Shown here piece after piece: positions 21,575 to 31,900 of a DNA stretch of 64,000 nt. Each line of letters opens with the position of its first letter. Position 1 is the stretch's first letter. Position numbers and translations under genes: made by a program. The stretch comes from an uncultured Acidobacteriota bacterium (GTDB taxonomy: Bacteria; Acidobacteriota; UBA6911; RPQK01; JAPXNP01): NCBI GenBank assembly GCA_963777605.1, contig CAVZRV010000011.1, positions 192,001 to 256,000 on the forward strand, in the 5' to 3' direction. The notes under the pieces are model-generated. The model had not been told where the DNA came from, made no database searches, and worked only from the letters and a program-made list of their open reading frames with translations.

Positions 21575-22918
21575 ATGGGTACTTCAAGATCACGAATTCT
21601 GGTCGTGGATGACGAACCGGCACAAAGACAATTCCTTCGAAAGTCGCTGGACAAGGTTTTTGATGTTGTCGCTGCGGCATCGGGCAAAGAGGCCGTTCAA
21701 CTGCTCGAGAAACAGAGCTTCAACCTGGTAATCACGGACCAGCGCATGCCGGGCATGGACGGGCTCGAATTGCTCGACTGGATCAGGGAAAACGCACCCG
21801 AAATCCCGGTCATCTTGTTGACCGCCTATGGAACCATCACGAGTGCCGTTGACGCAGTCAAGAGGGGAGCCGAGGACTACTTGACGAAACCGGTCGAGAG
21901 CCCGGAAGAACTTCGGATTGCCGTCTCTCGGGTCCTTGAGAGGAAGGCTCTCTCGGCAAGAGAGCAGGTTTACCGGGAAGAAAAGGAAGCCGAGTTCCCG
22001 GCTGATATCATCGCCGAGAGCGATCAGATGAAAACGGTGCTCGGACTGGCGCAACAGGTCGCGCCCGAACCAACCACGGTGCTGCTGACCGGGGAATCCG
22101 GGACCGGAAAGGAAGTCGTCGCCCGGTTCCTTCACCGGCGCAGTCCACGCTCGCCTGGCCCGTTCGTTGCCGTCAACTGCGCCGCCCTGACCGAAACTCT
22201 TCTTGAGTCCGAGCTTTTCGGCCACGAGAAAGGCGCATTCACAGGGGCCACCCAGTCCCGCCAGGGCCGGTTCGAACTGGCTGACGGCGGCACGCTTTTC
22301 CTTGACGAGATTGGTGAGATGGGGCGCAGCCTCCAGTCCAAGCTGCTCCGAGTTCTGCAGGAACGCTCGTTCGAAAGGGTGGGGGGTACCCGGACGCTTA
22401 CTGTCGATGTCCGGGTGGTCGCGGCGACCAACCGGGATCTTCAGGCCGCCATGGAAGATAACGAATTCCGTGACGACCTCTACTACCGCCTCAACGTCTT
22501 CCCGATTGAGATCCCTCCTCTCCGGGAGCGCCCCAGGGATATCTTGCCTCTGGCCAGATTCTTCCTGGCCCGGGTTTCCAGGCGAATGGCGAAACCACTC
22601 GCGGGCATCACCCGGGAGGCTGAGCAACTTCTGCTGAGCTACCCATGGCCCGGTAACATCCGCGAGCTTCAAAACGTCATTGAGCGGGCGGTCATTGTCT
22701 CCCGAAGCGAGGACATCGTACCGGCCGATCTTCCACTCAAGTCGCCCAAAGGTGAAGGTCCGGTACCGACAGGAACTCTCGCCGACCTGGAGAAGGCCGC
22801 CATCCTGCGTGCCCTCGAGCGGAATCACGGAGACCGCCAGGAGACCGCCCGCGATCTGGGGATCAGCCTCAGGACTCTGCAGTACCGGCTCAAGGACTAC
22901 GGACTGACCGGCAAGTAA
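21575..22918 (+). CDS. Sigma54-dependent response regulator (NtrC/AtoC/ZraR family)
   Basis: REC domain (VVDDE, DQRMPGMDG), GESGTGKE, GAFTGA, FLDEIGE, WPGNIREL, Fis-type HTH. Confidence 0.96.
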   Translation: MGTSRSRILVVDDEPAQRQFLRKSLDKVFDVVAAASGKEAVQLLEKQSFNLVITDQRMPGMDGLELLDWIRENAPEIPVILLTAYGTITSAVDAVKRGAEDYLTKPVESPEELRIAVSRVLERKALSAREQVYREEKEAEFPADIIAESDQMKTVLGLAQQVAPEPTTVLLTGESGTGKEVVARFLHRRSPRSPGPFVAVNCAALTETLLESELFGHEKGAFTGATQSRQGRFELADGGTLFLDEIGEMGRSLQSKLLRVLQERSFERVGGTRTLTVDVRVVAATNRDLQAAMEDNEFRDDLYYRLNVFPIEIPPLRERPRDILPLARFFLARVSRRMAKPLAGITREAEQLLLSYPWPGNIRELQNVIERAVIVSRSEDIVPADLPLKSPKGEGPVPTGTLADLEKAAILRALERNHGDRQETARDLGISLRTLQYRLKDYGLTGK

Positions 22919-22952
22919 ACGCTGTTATCTTTCACCTTGAGAGGCTTCAGCC

Positions 22953-25900
22953 TCACAATTCCGGTTCGCCTCTCTTCTCACAACAGATCGAGAAGAGGCT
23001 GGGAAGAACAATCAGGGTGAGGATCGTTGCCGTCACAAGGCCCCCAATGACAACGGTCGCCAGCGGCCGCTGGATCTCAGCTCCAGCAGAGGTTGCGATC
23101 GCCATCGGGACAAACCCGAGGCTGGCTACGAGAGCGGTCATCAGTACCGGCCGGAGACGAACCGAGGCCCCACGAATAATCGAACCGCGTACCGACTCTC
23201 CCGATTCGATCAAGCTGTTGAACTGGGAGACCATGACGACGCCGTTCAAGACGGCGACACCGAAAACCGCTATAAAACCGACCGACGCGGAAAGATTCAG
23301 ATTGATATCGCGCAGCCAAAGAGCAGCGATACCTCCGACCGCGGCAAAGGGAACGTTCATAAGAATCAGCAATGCCTGTTTGACAGAATCGAAGGATGCA
23401 AAAAGGAGTGCAAAAATGATCAGAATGACCAATGGAACGACCAATATCAGTCGATTCATTGCACGCTGCTGATTCTCGAATTGCCCTCCCCAGCGGAAGT
23501 AGTATCCCGGCGGCAACTTAACGTTCCCGTCGATCAGTTCCTGTGCCTCGGCGACGAAGCTGCCCAGGTCACGTCCCCGGACATTGGATTGCACAACGAG
23601 GCGCCGCTGACTGTTCTCGCGGTTGATGATCTCGGGAGCGCTTCTCTGCAGAATATCGGCGACCTGGCGCAATTCCACGATTTCGCCACCCGGAGCCCGA
23701 AGCCGGAGCCGGAGCAACGATTCACGGTCCTGCCGGACCTGGGCTGGGAGTCGAAGAACGATGTCAAAACGGCGCTGTCCCTGAACCATTTCGGTCACCC
23801 GTTGTCCCTCGATCGCGGTTTCAACCAGGTCCCGGATATCCGAAACGTTGAGACCGTAGCGGGCAAGCGCCCCCCGCTGGGGAATTACCTGCCACTCGGC
23901 CGCACCTGAGAAGACTTCCGACTGGACGTCGGCCGCCCCCGGAACCGTCACGAGGAGCCGGAGAACTTCATTGGCTTTCTGAGCCAGGACCGTTTCATCG
24001 TCGCCGAAAATCTTGACTGCCACGTCGGCCTTGACCCCTGAGACCACCTCGTCCAGCCGCATCGCCATCGGCTGAGTGAAGTTGTAGGTAACACCCGGGA
24101 ACTTTCTCAACTCCCGATCAAAGGCTCCGATCAGCCCTTCCTTGGTCTGGGCGGTGACCCATTCCTCCTTCGGTTTGAGGTTGACGTAGACGTCTCCCTG
24201 GTAGATTCCCATTGCCTCGGTTGCCAGGTCAGGGCGTCCCAACTTGGTAACCACGCTCTCTACCTCAGGGAACTGCTGGATAATCTTCTCGATTTCGGTG
24301 CTGATCTGGACCGACTCCGTCAAGGAAACACTCGGGAGTTTTCGTGTCTCGATCAGGATCGACCCTTCATCCAGCCGCGGCATAAACTCGGTTCCGATGT
24401 AGAACAGGGATCCCACAGCCACGGTCACGATTACGACCGCCACTCCCACGACCATCATCCGGTGGTCCAGGAAAACCGGCAGCAGCGCCTCGTAACCTCT
24501 TCTCAGCTTGCCGAATATCCGTTCCCGATGAACCGGCAGGGGTTTTCGAAAGAACAGTGCCGAAGCCGCGGGCACCACCGTGAGAGCCAGGATAAGCGAA
24601 CCGAGGATGGCCGAGCAGACAGTTACGGCCATCGGGCGAAACATTCTTCCCTCAAGGCCCTCGAGAGTGAAAATCGGGAGATAGACCGCGATAATGATGG
24701 CGATTCCGAACACGATCGGACGGGCGACTTCGTGCGCGGCACTTCGGATTTCGCCGAAAGACGAAAATCCCTTCTCTTCAGCGCCGGAGTGAAGCCTGCG
24801 AATGAAATTTTCCATCATCACGACCGACCCATCCACGATGAGACCGAAATCGATCGCTCCCAAGCTCATCAGGTTGGCTGAAATCCCAAACAGCCACATG
24901 CCTATGAAGCCCACCAACATGGAGAGAGGAATCACGGCGGCTACAATCAACGCTGCCCGGATATTTCCGAGGAACAGAAAGAGGACGGCAATGACGAGGA
25001 CGCCGCCTTCGAGAAGGTTGTGCTCAACCGTACTGATGGTCCGATCGATTACTTCCGCCTGGTCATAGAACGGCCTGATCTTCACACCTGGTGGAAGCGA
25101 CGCCTGGATCTCTTTGAGTCGCTCCTTGACGGCTTCATTCACCAACTTCCCATTGGCTCCCTTCAGCATGATGATCATGCCCGAGACACTCTCGCCGTTA
25201 CCGTCCCGGGTCACCGCTCCCTGGCGCGGCATGGGCCCGATCATCACCTGCGCGATGTCCTTGAGATAGATGGGAGTGCCCTGGTGGCTGGCCACCACAA
25301 TCCGCTCCAGGTCGGGAATTCCGGAAGTCCGTCCGATGCCGCGAACCGTGTACTGCTCGTTGGCGTGTTCGATGAACCCGCCGCCGAAATTATCGTTGTT
25401 ATCCCGAATCCGGTCATAGACGTCCCGAATGGAGAGATCGAGACTTCGCAACTTGTTCGGATCGACAACAACGTGATATTGGCGCGTGAAACCTCCCCAA
25501 CTGTTGATTTCGCTGACACCACGGACACCGCGCAACTGGTACTTGATCTGCCATTCGTGCAGCGTTTTGAGTTCCATCGGCGAGTACCCGCCACCCTCAA
25601 TGGTGTACTGGTAAATCTCGCCAAACGCGGTGGCCACTGGACCTAGTGAGGGGTCCAGCCCGTCGGGAATTCGGGACCTCGCTTCCGCCAACCGCTCGTT
25701 GACCAGTTGTCGGGCAAAGTAGACATCCACCGAATCATCGAAAACCACCGTCACAATCGACAGTCCCAGTTTCGAAATCGAGCGGATTTCCTCGGTACCA
25801 GGAACTCCCATCAAGGCCGATTCCACCGGAAATGTGACCAGTTGCTCAACTTCGACGGGAGCCATCCCTGGAGCCTCCGTGATCACAACAACCTGGTTGT

Positions 25901-26033
25901 TGGTCAGATCGGGGAAGGCATCGATCGGAATATTGCTCAGGGCATAGATACCGAGGCCGATCAGTCCAAGCAGGCCAACCAGCACGAAAAAGCGATGATG
26001 AAGGTGGAAATCGACGAAGCCTTTGAGGGTCAT
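22953..26033 (-). CDS. czcA: CusA/CzcA heavy-metal RND efflux permease
   Basis: IPIDAFPD, GEIYQY, ANLMSLGAIDFGLIVDGSVVMMEN, GGQFENQQRA, GAEIQRPLATVVIGG. Confidence 0.93.
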   Translation of the reverse strand: MTLKGFVDFHLHHRFFVLVGLLGLIGLGIYALSNIPIDAFPDLTNNQVVVITEAPGMAPVEVEQLVTFPVESALMGVPGTEEIRSISKLGLSIVTVVFDDSVDVYFARQLVNERLAEARSRIPDGLDPSLGPVATAFGEIYQYTIEGGGYSPMELKTLHEWQIKYQLRGVRGVSEINSWGGFTRQYHVVVDPNKLRSLDLSIRDVYDRIRDNNDNFGGGFIEHANEQYTVRGIGRTSGIPDLERIVVASHQGTPIYLKDIAQVMIGPMPRQGAVTRDGNGESVSGMIIMLKGANGKLVNEAVKERLKEIQASLPPGVKIRPFYDQAEVIDRTISTVEHNLLEGGVLVIAVLFLFLGNIRAALIVAAVIPLSMLVGFIGMWLFGISANLMSLGAIDFGLIVDGSVVMMENFIRRLHSGAEEKGFSSFGEIRSAAHEVARPIVFGIAIIIAVYLPIFTLEGLEGRMFRPMAVTVCSAILGSLILALTVVPAASALFFRKPLPVHRERIFGKLRRGYEALLPVFLDHRMMVVGVAVVIVTVAVGSLFYIGTEFMPRLDEGSILIETRKLPSVSLTESVQISTEIEKIIQQFPEVESVVTKLGRPDLATEAMGIYQGDVYVNLKPKEEWVTAQTKEGLIGAFDRELRKFPGVTYNFTQPMAMRLDEVVSGVKADVAVKIFGDDETVLAQKANEVLRLLVTVPGAADVQSEVFSGAAEWQVIPQRGALARYGLNVSDIRDLVETAIEGQRVTEMVQGQRRFDIVLRLPAQVRQDRESLLRLRLRAPGGEIVELRQVADILQRSAPEIINRENSQRRLVVQSNVRGRDLGSFVAEAQELIDGNVKLPPGYYFRWGGQFENQQRAMNRLILVVPLVILIIFALLFASFDSVKQALLILMNVPFAAVGGIAALWLRDINLNLSASVGFIAVFGVAVLNGVVMVSQFNSLIESGESVRGSIIRGASVRLRPVLMTALVASLGFVPMAIATSAGAEIQRPLATVVIGGLVTATILTLIVLPSLFSICCEKRGEPEL

Positions 26034-27301
26034 TCTTCTTGCATCCGGCTTTTCAGCATCTCCGACTTAAGGAGAAAGCTCCCTTGGGTGACGACTTTCT
26101 CGCCCGGCTGCAGGCCATTCAGAATTGACACCTGTTCATTCCAGGAACGCCCGATATCGACGTTTCTCGCCTCAAATCGGGTATCGGCGCCCTGAACGAA
26201 CACCACCGACTGACCGTCGATGTCCTGGATCGCACCCTGCGGCACGGTGACTGTTTCATCTCCAGCGCCCAGCTCGAACTGCACGGTTGCGTACATCTCC
26301 GATCGGAGCTTGCCACCGGGATTGTTGGTCTCACAGCGGACCTGGACCGTTCTCGTCGCGGGATTCAGGACGTCGCCGATATGCGCCAGTCGGGCCGGAA
26401 ACCCAATGTCCGGATAAGCTTCCACATGGACGATTGCCGACTGCCCGTTCTTGAGCGAGTTGAGGTAGGACTCAGGCACCTCCGCGTGGATCCAGAGTGT
26501 GGACAGGTCGGTGACAATGAACAGATCGTCCGACGTACTGACGACCGTACCGGGAGTCACCATCCGCTCAAGAACCGTCCCCGTGATCGGCGAGTTAACA
26601 GGAATGCGCTCCAGCTCCTCATAGTGCTCGGTCCGGACGGCCCCTATTCTGGTGTACTCGTCCATTGCCCCTTCCACCGAAAGGCCGATGTGTTCGAGCA
26701 GTTCTTCGAGCCGGCCGATCTCGGCCTTACTGACCAGAATGTCCATTTCTGCCCGGTGGACGTCCGTTTCGGCGCGCTGAAGCTCTTCGAGAGAGCCTGC
26801 CTTAAGATCGTAGAGTCGCTCCGCCCGGTCCCGAACTTTCGTCGCAAACTCGAGCTGGGATTCGTCACGTTCCAGCTCGGCTTTGGCCTTGGCATATTCC
26901 GCCCGCGCGTCGTCCACCTCGTGACTCTGGATTTCCGCCAGGCGTTGCCCCTCCTTCACCCGATCTCCGACGTTGGCGGAGACTCCCGCGATACGGCCAT
27001 TCACAAGTGAGCCCACCCGTGCAACACGGTTTTCATTGAGACCCACGCGCCCGGCCACTTCCAGCACCCGCGGCAACGCGGCTTTCCGGGCTTCAGCGAC
27101 TTCGATTCCCGCGAGCTTGAATGCATCAGGATCGAGTTCGATCCTCCCTTCTGCACCGGCACCGGGTGGAGGCGCAGCCACCTCGGGAGAACTGACCTCA
27201 GAGGTGCAGGAAACCACGCCAAGCGGGAGAAACAGAAACGTGAGCAGCGCTAATCGCCTAATTTCCAGCACGAAAAGTCTCCATTCCGATCGGCAGGCCA
27301 T
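26030..27301 (-). CDS. czcB: CzcB/CusB-type periplasmic adaptor (true start possibly GTG 27271)
   Basis: Lipoprotein-like signal (VVSC), SPITGTV, LSTLWI, TRTVQVR, GL.PGEKVV..GSFLLKSE. Confidence 0.9.
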   Translation of the reverse strand: MACRSEWRLFVLEIRRLALLTFLFLPLGVVSCTSEVSSPEVAAPPPGAGAEGRIELDPDAFKLAGIEVAEARKAALPRVLEVAGRVGLNENRVARVGSLVNGRIAGVSANVGDRVKEGQRLAEIQSHEVDDARAEYAKAKAELERDESQLEFATKVRDRAERLYDLKAGSLEELQRAETDVHRAEMDILVSKAEIGRLEELLEHIGLSVEGAMDEYTRIGAVRTEHYEELERIPVNSPITGTVLERMVTPGTVVSTSDDLFIVTDLSTLWIHAEVPESYLNSLKNGQSAIVHVEAYPDIGFPARLAHIGDVLNPATRTVQVRCETNNPGGKLRSEMYATVQFELGAGDETVTVPQGAIQDIDGQSVVFVQGADTRFEARNVDIGRSWNEQVSILNGLQPGEKVVTQGSFLLKSEMLKSRMQEE

Positions 27302-28571
27302 TAGAGCCCACAGCCTCTTCGAGGTCCGCGATTCCGATCTGAACCTCGAGTCTCATGCGGTTGCGAAGTAAGCGAACTTCGTTGAGGGAACGCTGCGCAT
27401 CGAGGAAGCGAAGCAAGTCTGTTGCACCCTCCCGGTAGGCGGCCTGAGCGATCTGCCAGGATTCCTCAGCACGCTGAACCATTCCCTGTTCGACCTGGGT
27501 CAGCATCTCCACTCGTTTCGCCAGAACCTGGACGGCGCCCTGCACTGCGATCCGGGTCATCGTCTCCCGTTCTCGCAACATCGCCTCGGATCGATCGACT
27601 TCGGTCCTGCGAAATTGAATATTCCCCTCGTTCTTGTCAAAAAAGGGCAAAGGGATGATCACCCCGCCAAGGAGAGTGTTGAAGCCGGCCGTCCGCTTGT
27701 ATCCAAACAGGACGTCCCAGTCGGGCTTGGCTTGCGCCGTTTCGAGAGCGACGCCGCGGCGCGCCGACTCGAGTTCTGCCTGGGCCAGTTGAATGTCCGC
27801 CCGTTTCTCCATTGCCATCCGAACCAACTGCTCCAAATCGGCACCATCCTTGGGTAAACCGCGATCGTCGCCTTTCAGGCGGAACTCGTTCTGAGTGGTC
27901 GGCAATCCCATCGCCTTGACGAGGTCGTTTCGGGCTCTCACCGTTTCGGCGGCCGCTGCCTCGCTCTGTAGTCGGAGCTTGTCCTCCTCCAGTCGAACCC
28001 GGATTAGGTCCACCTCGGCCATGGCGCCTTCCCGAACCCTATCTTCATGGTAGCGAGTGGCCTGGCCAAAGACCCGGGCATTTTCCCGTAGGAGCTCCTC
28101 TTCGCTCTGCGCCAGCAGGGCCCGCCAGAAGGCACGCCGGACGTCCTGGCGAATCCGCCAATCGGTCTCGGTCCGCTTGAGTTCAGCAACGCGCTGGCCC
28201 TGCTCGGCCATTTCAACCCGCCGTTCACGCTTACCACCTCGTTCGATGGGCTGGGTTCCGTACACAAAGAAATCCAGGTCTTGCCCGAGGTCGAAAGAGG
28301 GATCCCCGTAAAAACGCCAGTTCTCCGACTGGATTGTGACGTGGGGATTCGGTCGGACTCGACTCTGTTCAAGCAAGCCTCCGGTTCCGGCAACCACGGC
28401 GCCGGCAGCAGCCAGGGCCGGGTGATGTTCCACGGCAATCTGCACCGCGGTCTCGATATCGAGTTCCGAAGGAATTGATTGGCCTAAGGCCGAAGTCACC
28501 GGCGTCAGGCCAAAGAGGAATGTCAACAAACTTAGGGGCAGCATCCGCAGCAGCAGCAGCATATGTCGCAC
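27258..28571 (-). CDS. czcC: CzcC/TolC-family outer membrane efflux protein
   Basis: Signal peptide; PNP, QPIERGGKR, IPLPFFDKNEGNI, AYREG...LL.FLDAQR. Confidence 0.9.
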   Translation of the reverse strand: MRHMLLLLRMLPLSLLTFLFGLTPVTSALGQSIPSELDIETAVQIAVEHHPALAAAGAVVAGTGGLLEQSRVRPNPHVTIQSENWRFYGDPSFDLGQDLDFFVYGTQPIERGGKRERRVEMAEQGQRVAELKRTETDWRIRQDVRRAFWRALLAQSEEELLRENARVFGQATRYHEDRVREGAMAEVDLIRVRLEEDKLRLQSEAAAAETVRARNDLVKAMGLPTTQNEFRLKGDDRGLPKDGADLEQLVRMAMEKRADIQLAQAELESARRGVALETAQAKPDWDVLFGYKRTAGFNTLLGGVIIPLPFFDKNEGNIQFRRTEVDRSEAMLRERETMTRIAVQGAVQVLAKRVEMLTQVEQGMVQRAEESWQIAQAAYREGATDLLRFLDAQRSLNEVRLLRNRMRLEVQIGIADLEEAVGSNGLPIGMETFRAGN

Positions 28572-28679
28572 CAGCGGGAGTCTATCAGATGGAATTGCCG
28601 GAGTGAACCACTCGATTCATTGGAAACCCCGAGCAGATCATTTTGAACGAGTCAGTTCAATGCAGGGTGGACTCGGTCC

Positions 28680-29156
28680 CTATCCCCAGAGTTCTTTGTC
28701 GAGTTTGGCTGAGTATTCGGAACGGGACGTGCCGCTCGCAGGGGCAACCGGGGCTTCCTGTACGCCCCCGGAAGGTCTCAGTTTCCGAATTACCAGAAGC
28801 GCCACTATCGCTCCACCGATAAGGAAGATCACGGGAAGGAAGTAGGCCAGCGACCCAAAACCTTCAGCAGGGGGCTTGGCGAGAATTCGCTCACCGTATT
28901 CCGCCACGTATTTCTGAACGATCTCGTTCCTGCCCATACCGGCCGCCAGCATCTCCCGGATTTGAACTTTGATCTCGTCGGACGCTGCCGATGGGTGAAC
29001 GGAGACCGGTTGACGCCAGCAACACGGGGCGATCAGAAGGTTCTCGATTTCCTTGGCCTCCGTCTCCTGAGCCGGAGAAAGGTCGGCGCCAAAAGAGACG
29101 GAACCAAGCAGGAAGGCACAAAGAAGCGAAACAGTAATAAGCCGATGAAGGTTCAT
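28680..29156 (-). CDS. ccmH: CcmH/CycL-like protein with CC motif
   Basis: Signal peptide, LIAPCCWRQ, IREML..G....EI...YV..YGERILA.PP..GF..LAY.LP, then a TM helix. Confidence 0.8.
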   Translation of the reverse strand: MNLHRLITVSLLCAFLLGSVSFGADLSPAQETEAKEIENLLIAPCCWRQPVSVHPSAASDEIKVQIREMLAAGMGRNEIVQKYVAEYGERILAKPPAEGFGSLAYFLPVIFLIGGAIVALLVIRKLRPSGGVQEAPVAPASGTSRSEYSAKLDKELWG

Positions 29157-29254
29157 TTAAGGTCGTCCTGGTTTGAATCGGCTTTCATTCTAGCAGGTTT
29201 GAAAATTGAACCCCGGATCCGGCGCTCGATTCCCGCGTCAGAACAATCTTGCTG

Positions 29255-30373
29255 TTACTCCGCCCGAAAGTCGATTCGGACAACCCTGAGATCGGAGGTG
29301 TTGACCAGACACTCGAACCGAACCTTGCTGTGCTCCTCCTTGAACGTTATCGAAGCAGTCCCCTCCACCTGCTCGTCAACCGGAGAAAGACGAGTCACCC
29401 GCGGCTTTCCTTCCAGTTCCACCGTGGCTTTCTTGTCAACCTCCCACCTGACTCGCTCGGTCAGTGCCGCTTCACAGAGACGTGCCGCGACACTCGGCGA
29501 AAAGGAGGACTCTTTGATCGAGTACTCCGCGTCTTCCACCGATTTCTGGTTCACTCCGTATCGGCAGGCATACCGGAACCCGGTCGTTCCAAAACGGTCG
29601 CTCCAGCTGCCGTCCCCGGCCAACCCAACCTCCGTTGTATCAAAGGAGGTAATCCGGCTGCTGCTGAACTGGACCACTGCCGAAGCCCCCCGGGCCGTCT
29701 CAATCTGCTGACGAATCTCGCTCTCGCAGGTATCCCGCGCCGCCCGATCCACCCGGGGATCCAGGCCCGTGCTCCCACCGACCCCCGCTCGCTCAACTCG
29801 TGCAGAAGAGATCCTGTCGCTCCAGTCCCGGTCACCGGGACGATCCTTCGCAAGGTCATTGAATAGAGCCGGTCCCTGAAGCCTCACCGAGGGTCCGCTA
29901 TACCCGATCCCGTCGTAGACCGTCAGAGTCCAGCCTGCCGGAATACAGGCCGAAACCGCGCGATCTCCAAATCCTGCCTGATGGAGGTCCGGGATGTCGT
30001 TCTCCAGGACGAACCAATCGCCCTGGACGTCCCGACTCCGGTAGATGACCGGCAAATTGCAGGGCACCGGCTTGCCTGCCTTTCCCGCAGAAGCAGCTGA
30101 ATCAGACGCTGCTTCAGCACCAACCCGAAAGTCTCCGGAACATCCCCGGTCAACCCAGATGCCCTGGTCGTCAAATCCCCATGATTCATTAAACCGGCAG
30201 GAAGTCCCACCAACTTCATGAACCAGGACGACGCCTTGCATTGTGTTGCAGCGGCAGTAGTTGTACCCGCCGTCCGTCGAGGCACACTGGATCCTCTCGC
30301 CGAGTGATTGTCCACTGTGGACGACAACAGCCAGCAGTATCAAACCGGCCGTCATGGGAAGGGTTTTAAGCAT
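29255..30373 (-). CDS. Secreted protein: DUF3011-like domain, beta/gamma-crystallin domain and two Cys-paired C-terminal repeats
   Basis: I.CAS.DG.YNYC...SC....SWGFD..GIWVDRGCSGDF; GFGDRAVS..IP.GW..TVY....YSG...DRISSARV. Confidence 0.75.
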   Translation of the reverse strand: MLKTLPMTAGLILLAVVVHSGQSLGERIQCASTDGGYNYCRCNTMQGVVLVHEVGGTSCRFNESWGFDDQGIWVDRGCSGDFRVGAEAASDSAASAGKAGKPVPCNLPVIYRSRDVQGDWFVLENDIPDLHQAGFGDRAVSACIPAGWTLTVYDGIGYSGPSVRLQGPALFNDLAKDRPGDRDWSDRISSARVERAGVGGSTGLDPRVDRAARDTCESEIRQQIETARGASAVVQFSSSRITSFDTTEVGLAGDGSWSDRFGTTGFRYACRYGVNQKSVEDAEYSIKESSFSPSVAARLCEAALTERVRWEVDKKATVELEGKPRVTRLSPVDEQVEGTASITFKEEHSKVRFECLVNTSDLRVVRIDFRAE

Positions 30374-30644
30374 GAAACGATTCTCCCTGTTTTCTCTCTC
30401 CGGGTCACCCGTTAGAGACCATTATCGCTCTCCACGTCTTTGTGCCAGTGCTTTTCAAAGCACAAGACCCCCTCCCGTATATCGGCGAGATCAGGCATCA
30501 GAATCAGTCTGGCATCCTGCATCCCGGAAACCCACGGTACTAACCCGCATTTCTCACCAGGGTCCGTAGCGAGGCGGCTTTCCCGACCGATCCAATCCGA
30601 TCCTGGAAGTTCCGTTTCTTCCAGAGTAATGTTATCGAGCCGCT

Positions 30645-31763
30645 GTGAAAAAAGATCCGTCACCGGAATTTCAAATCCACCCTCGACCATTTGATGATTT
30701 CGCGTGGGCGTTCGGTTTACTCCGAACCGCAAAGCGGATGCTGAACTTCGCTTACCACGAACTCAGGTCTCCGTTGCGACTGCCCTGGTCCCAGACGTGG
30801 CGGGCGTGGTCGAACGGGTTCGGTCGAATTTCCTACCGCGCCTACTCCCTTGAGAACCGCGATCGACGACTCTACGTTCCTCCCTTTACCCAGGTAGCCC
30901 GAGGGCACCGCATCAACGGGGTCTACGACATCGTCATCAACAACAAGGCGATCCACCACCTCCTCATGAAAGCAGCCGACCTTCCCTGCCCCGCACACCT
31001 GGCCCTCGTTCAGGAAGGCGGAATCCAACTCCCGGACGGTCGCTACCTGCCGGCGACCACCAACTCCGTCGAACACCTGGCCGAGAACCGTCCGGGAATC
31101 GTGATCCGCCCGGTAAAGGGCATGAAAGGGCTGGGACTGCTCTTCGTTCAATCCTCACCGGTCGGCCTGACCGCAAACCAGGAAGCGGTGTCGGCGGAGA
31201 AGATAGACAAACTGCTGCGCAGCCTCGCTCCGGCGGTGATCACCGAAATGGTTTTACCGTCGGAATACTCGCGGGCCCTCTACCCCCGAACCGTCAACAC
31301 GATCCGGTTTGTCACGCTCTGGGACTACGATCGAGGCGAGCCCTTCGTTGCCGCCGCAACTCAACGCATCGGAACGTCCCGCTCGTACCCGGCCGACAAT
31401 TTCAGAGGTGGACTCGGAGGAGTCAGTTCCGACCTCGATCTCGAGGCCGGAATCACCGGTCCAGCCAGGGGCCTCGACCGGGCCTACCAGCTCTTTGAAT
31501 CCAGCACGCACCCCGAAACCGGCGCCCGGGTAGAAGGATTGAGCGTGCCCAATTGGGACAGGATGACGGCAGCATTCCTGGAGGGAGCCCGCACCTTTCA
31601 CGCCGCTCCGATGTTGGCGTGGGACGTCGCCACGACCGAGAATGGCTTTTCCGTCGTTGAGGTCAACGGAACTCCCGGTCTCCAGGTTCACCAGATTCAC
31701 CGACCACTTCTAGCTGATCCGCGTGTCAGGAACTTCTACCGCTATCACCGGCTGATTCGATAA
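30645..31763 (+). CDS. Sugar-transfer-associated ATP-grasp family protein
   Basis: NNK, IRP..G.KG.G, LYP.TVNTIRFVT, RIG, DNF..GG, HPETG, WDVA.T..G..VVEVNGTPG. Confidence 0.8.
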   Translation: MKKDPSPEFQIHPRPFDDFAWAFGLLRTAKRMLNFAYHELRSPLRLPWSQTWRAWSNGFGRISYRAYSLENRDRRLYVPPFTQVARGHRINGVYDIVINNKAIHHLLMKAADLPCPAHLALVQEGGIQLPDGRYLPATTNSVEHLAENRPGIVIRPVKGMKGLGLLFVQSSPVGLTANQEAVSAEKIDKLLRSLAPAVITEMVLPSEYSRALYPRTVNTIRFVTLWDYDRGEPFVAAATQRIGTSRSYPADNFRGGLGGVSSDLDLEAGITGPARGLDRAYQLFESSTHPETGARVEGLSVPNWDRMTAAFLEGARTFHAAPMLAWDVATTENGFSVVEVNGTPGLQVHQIHRPLLADPRVRNFYRYHRLIR

Positions 31764-31900
31764 GAGACGGAATGGGAACATTCAAGGTAATGCCGCGTCA
31801 TGCCTATCTCACCCCAGTTTTCGCCTCGAGGATCCTGGGAACTCAGAGTAACCTGACCGGAATCGCTTTTTTCGTCCGTTTCGTCTGCTAGGGTATTGAG

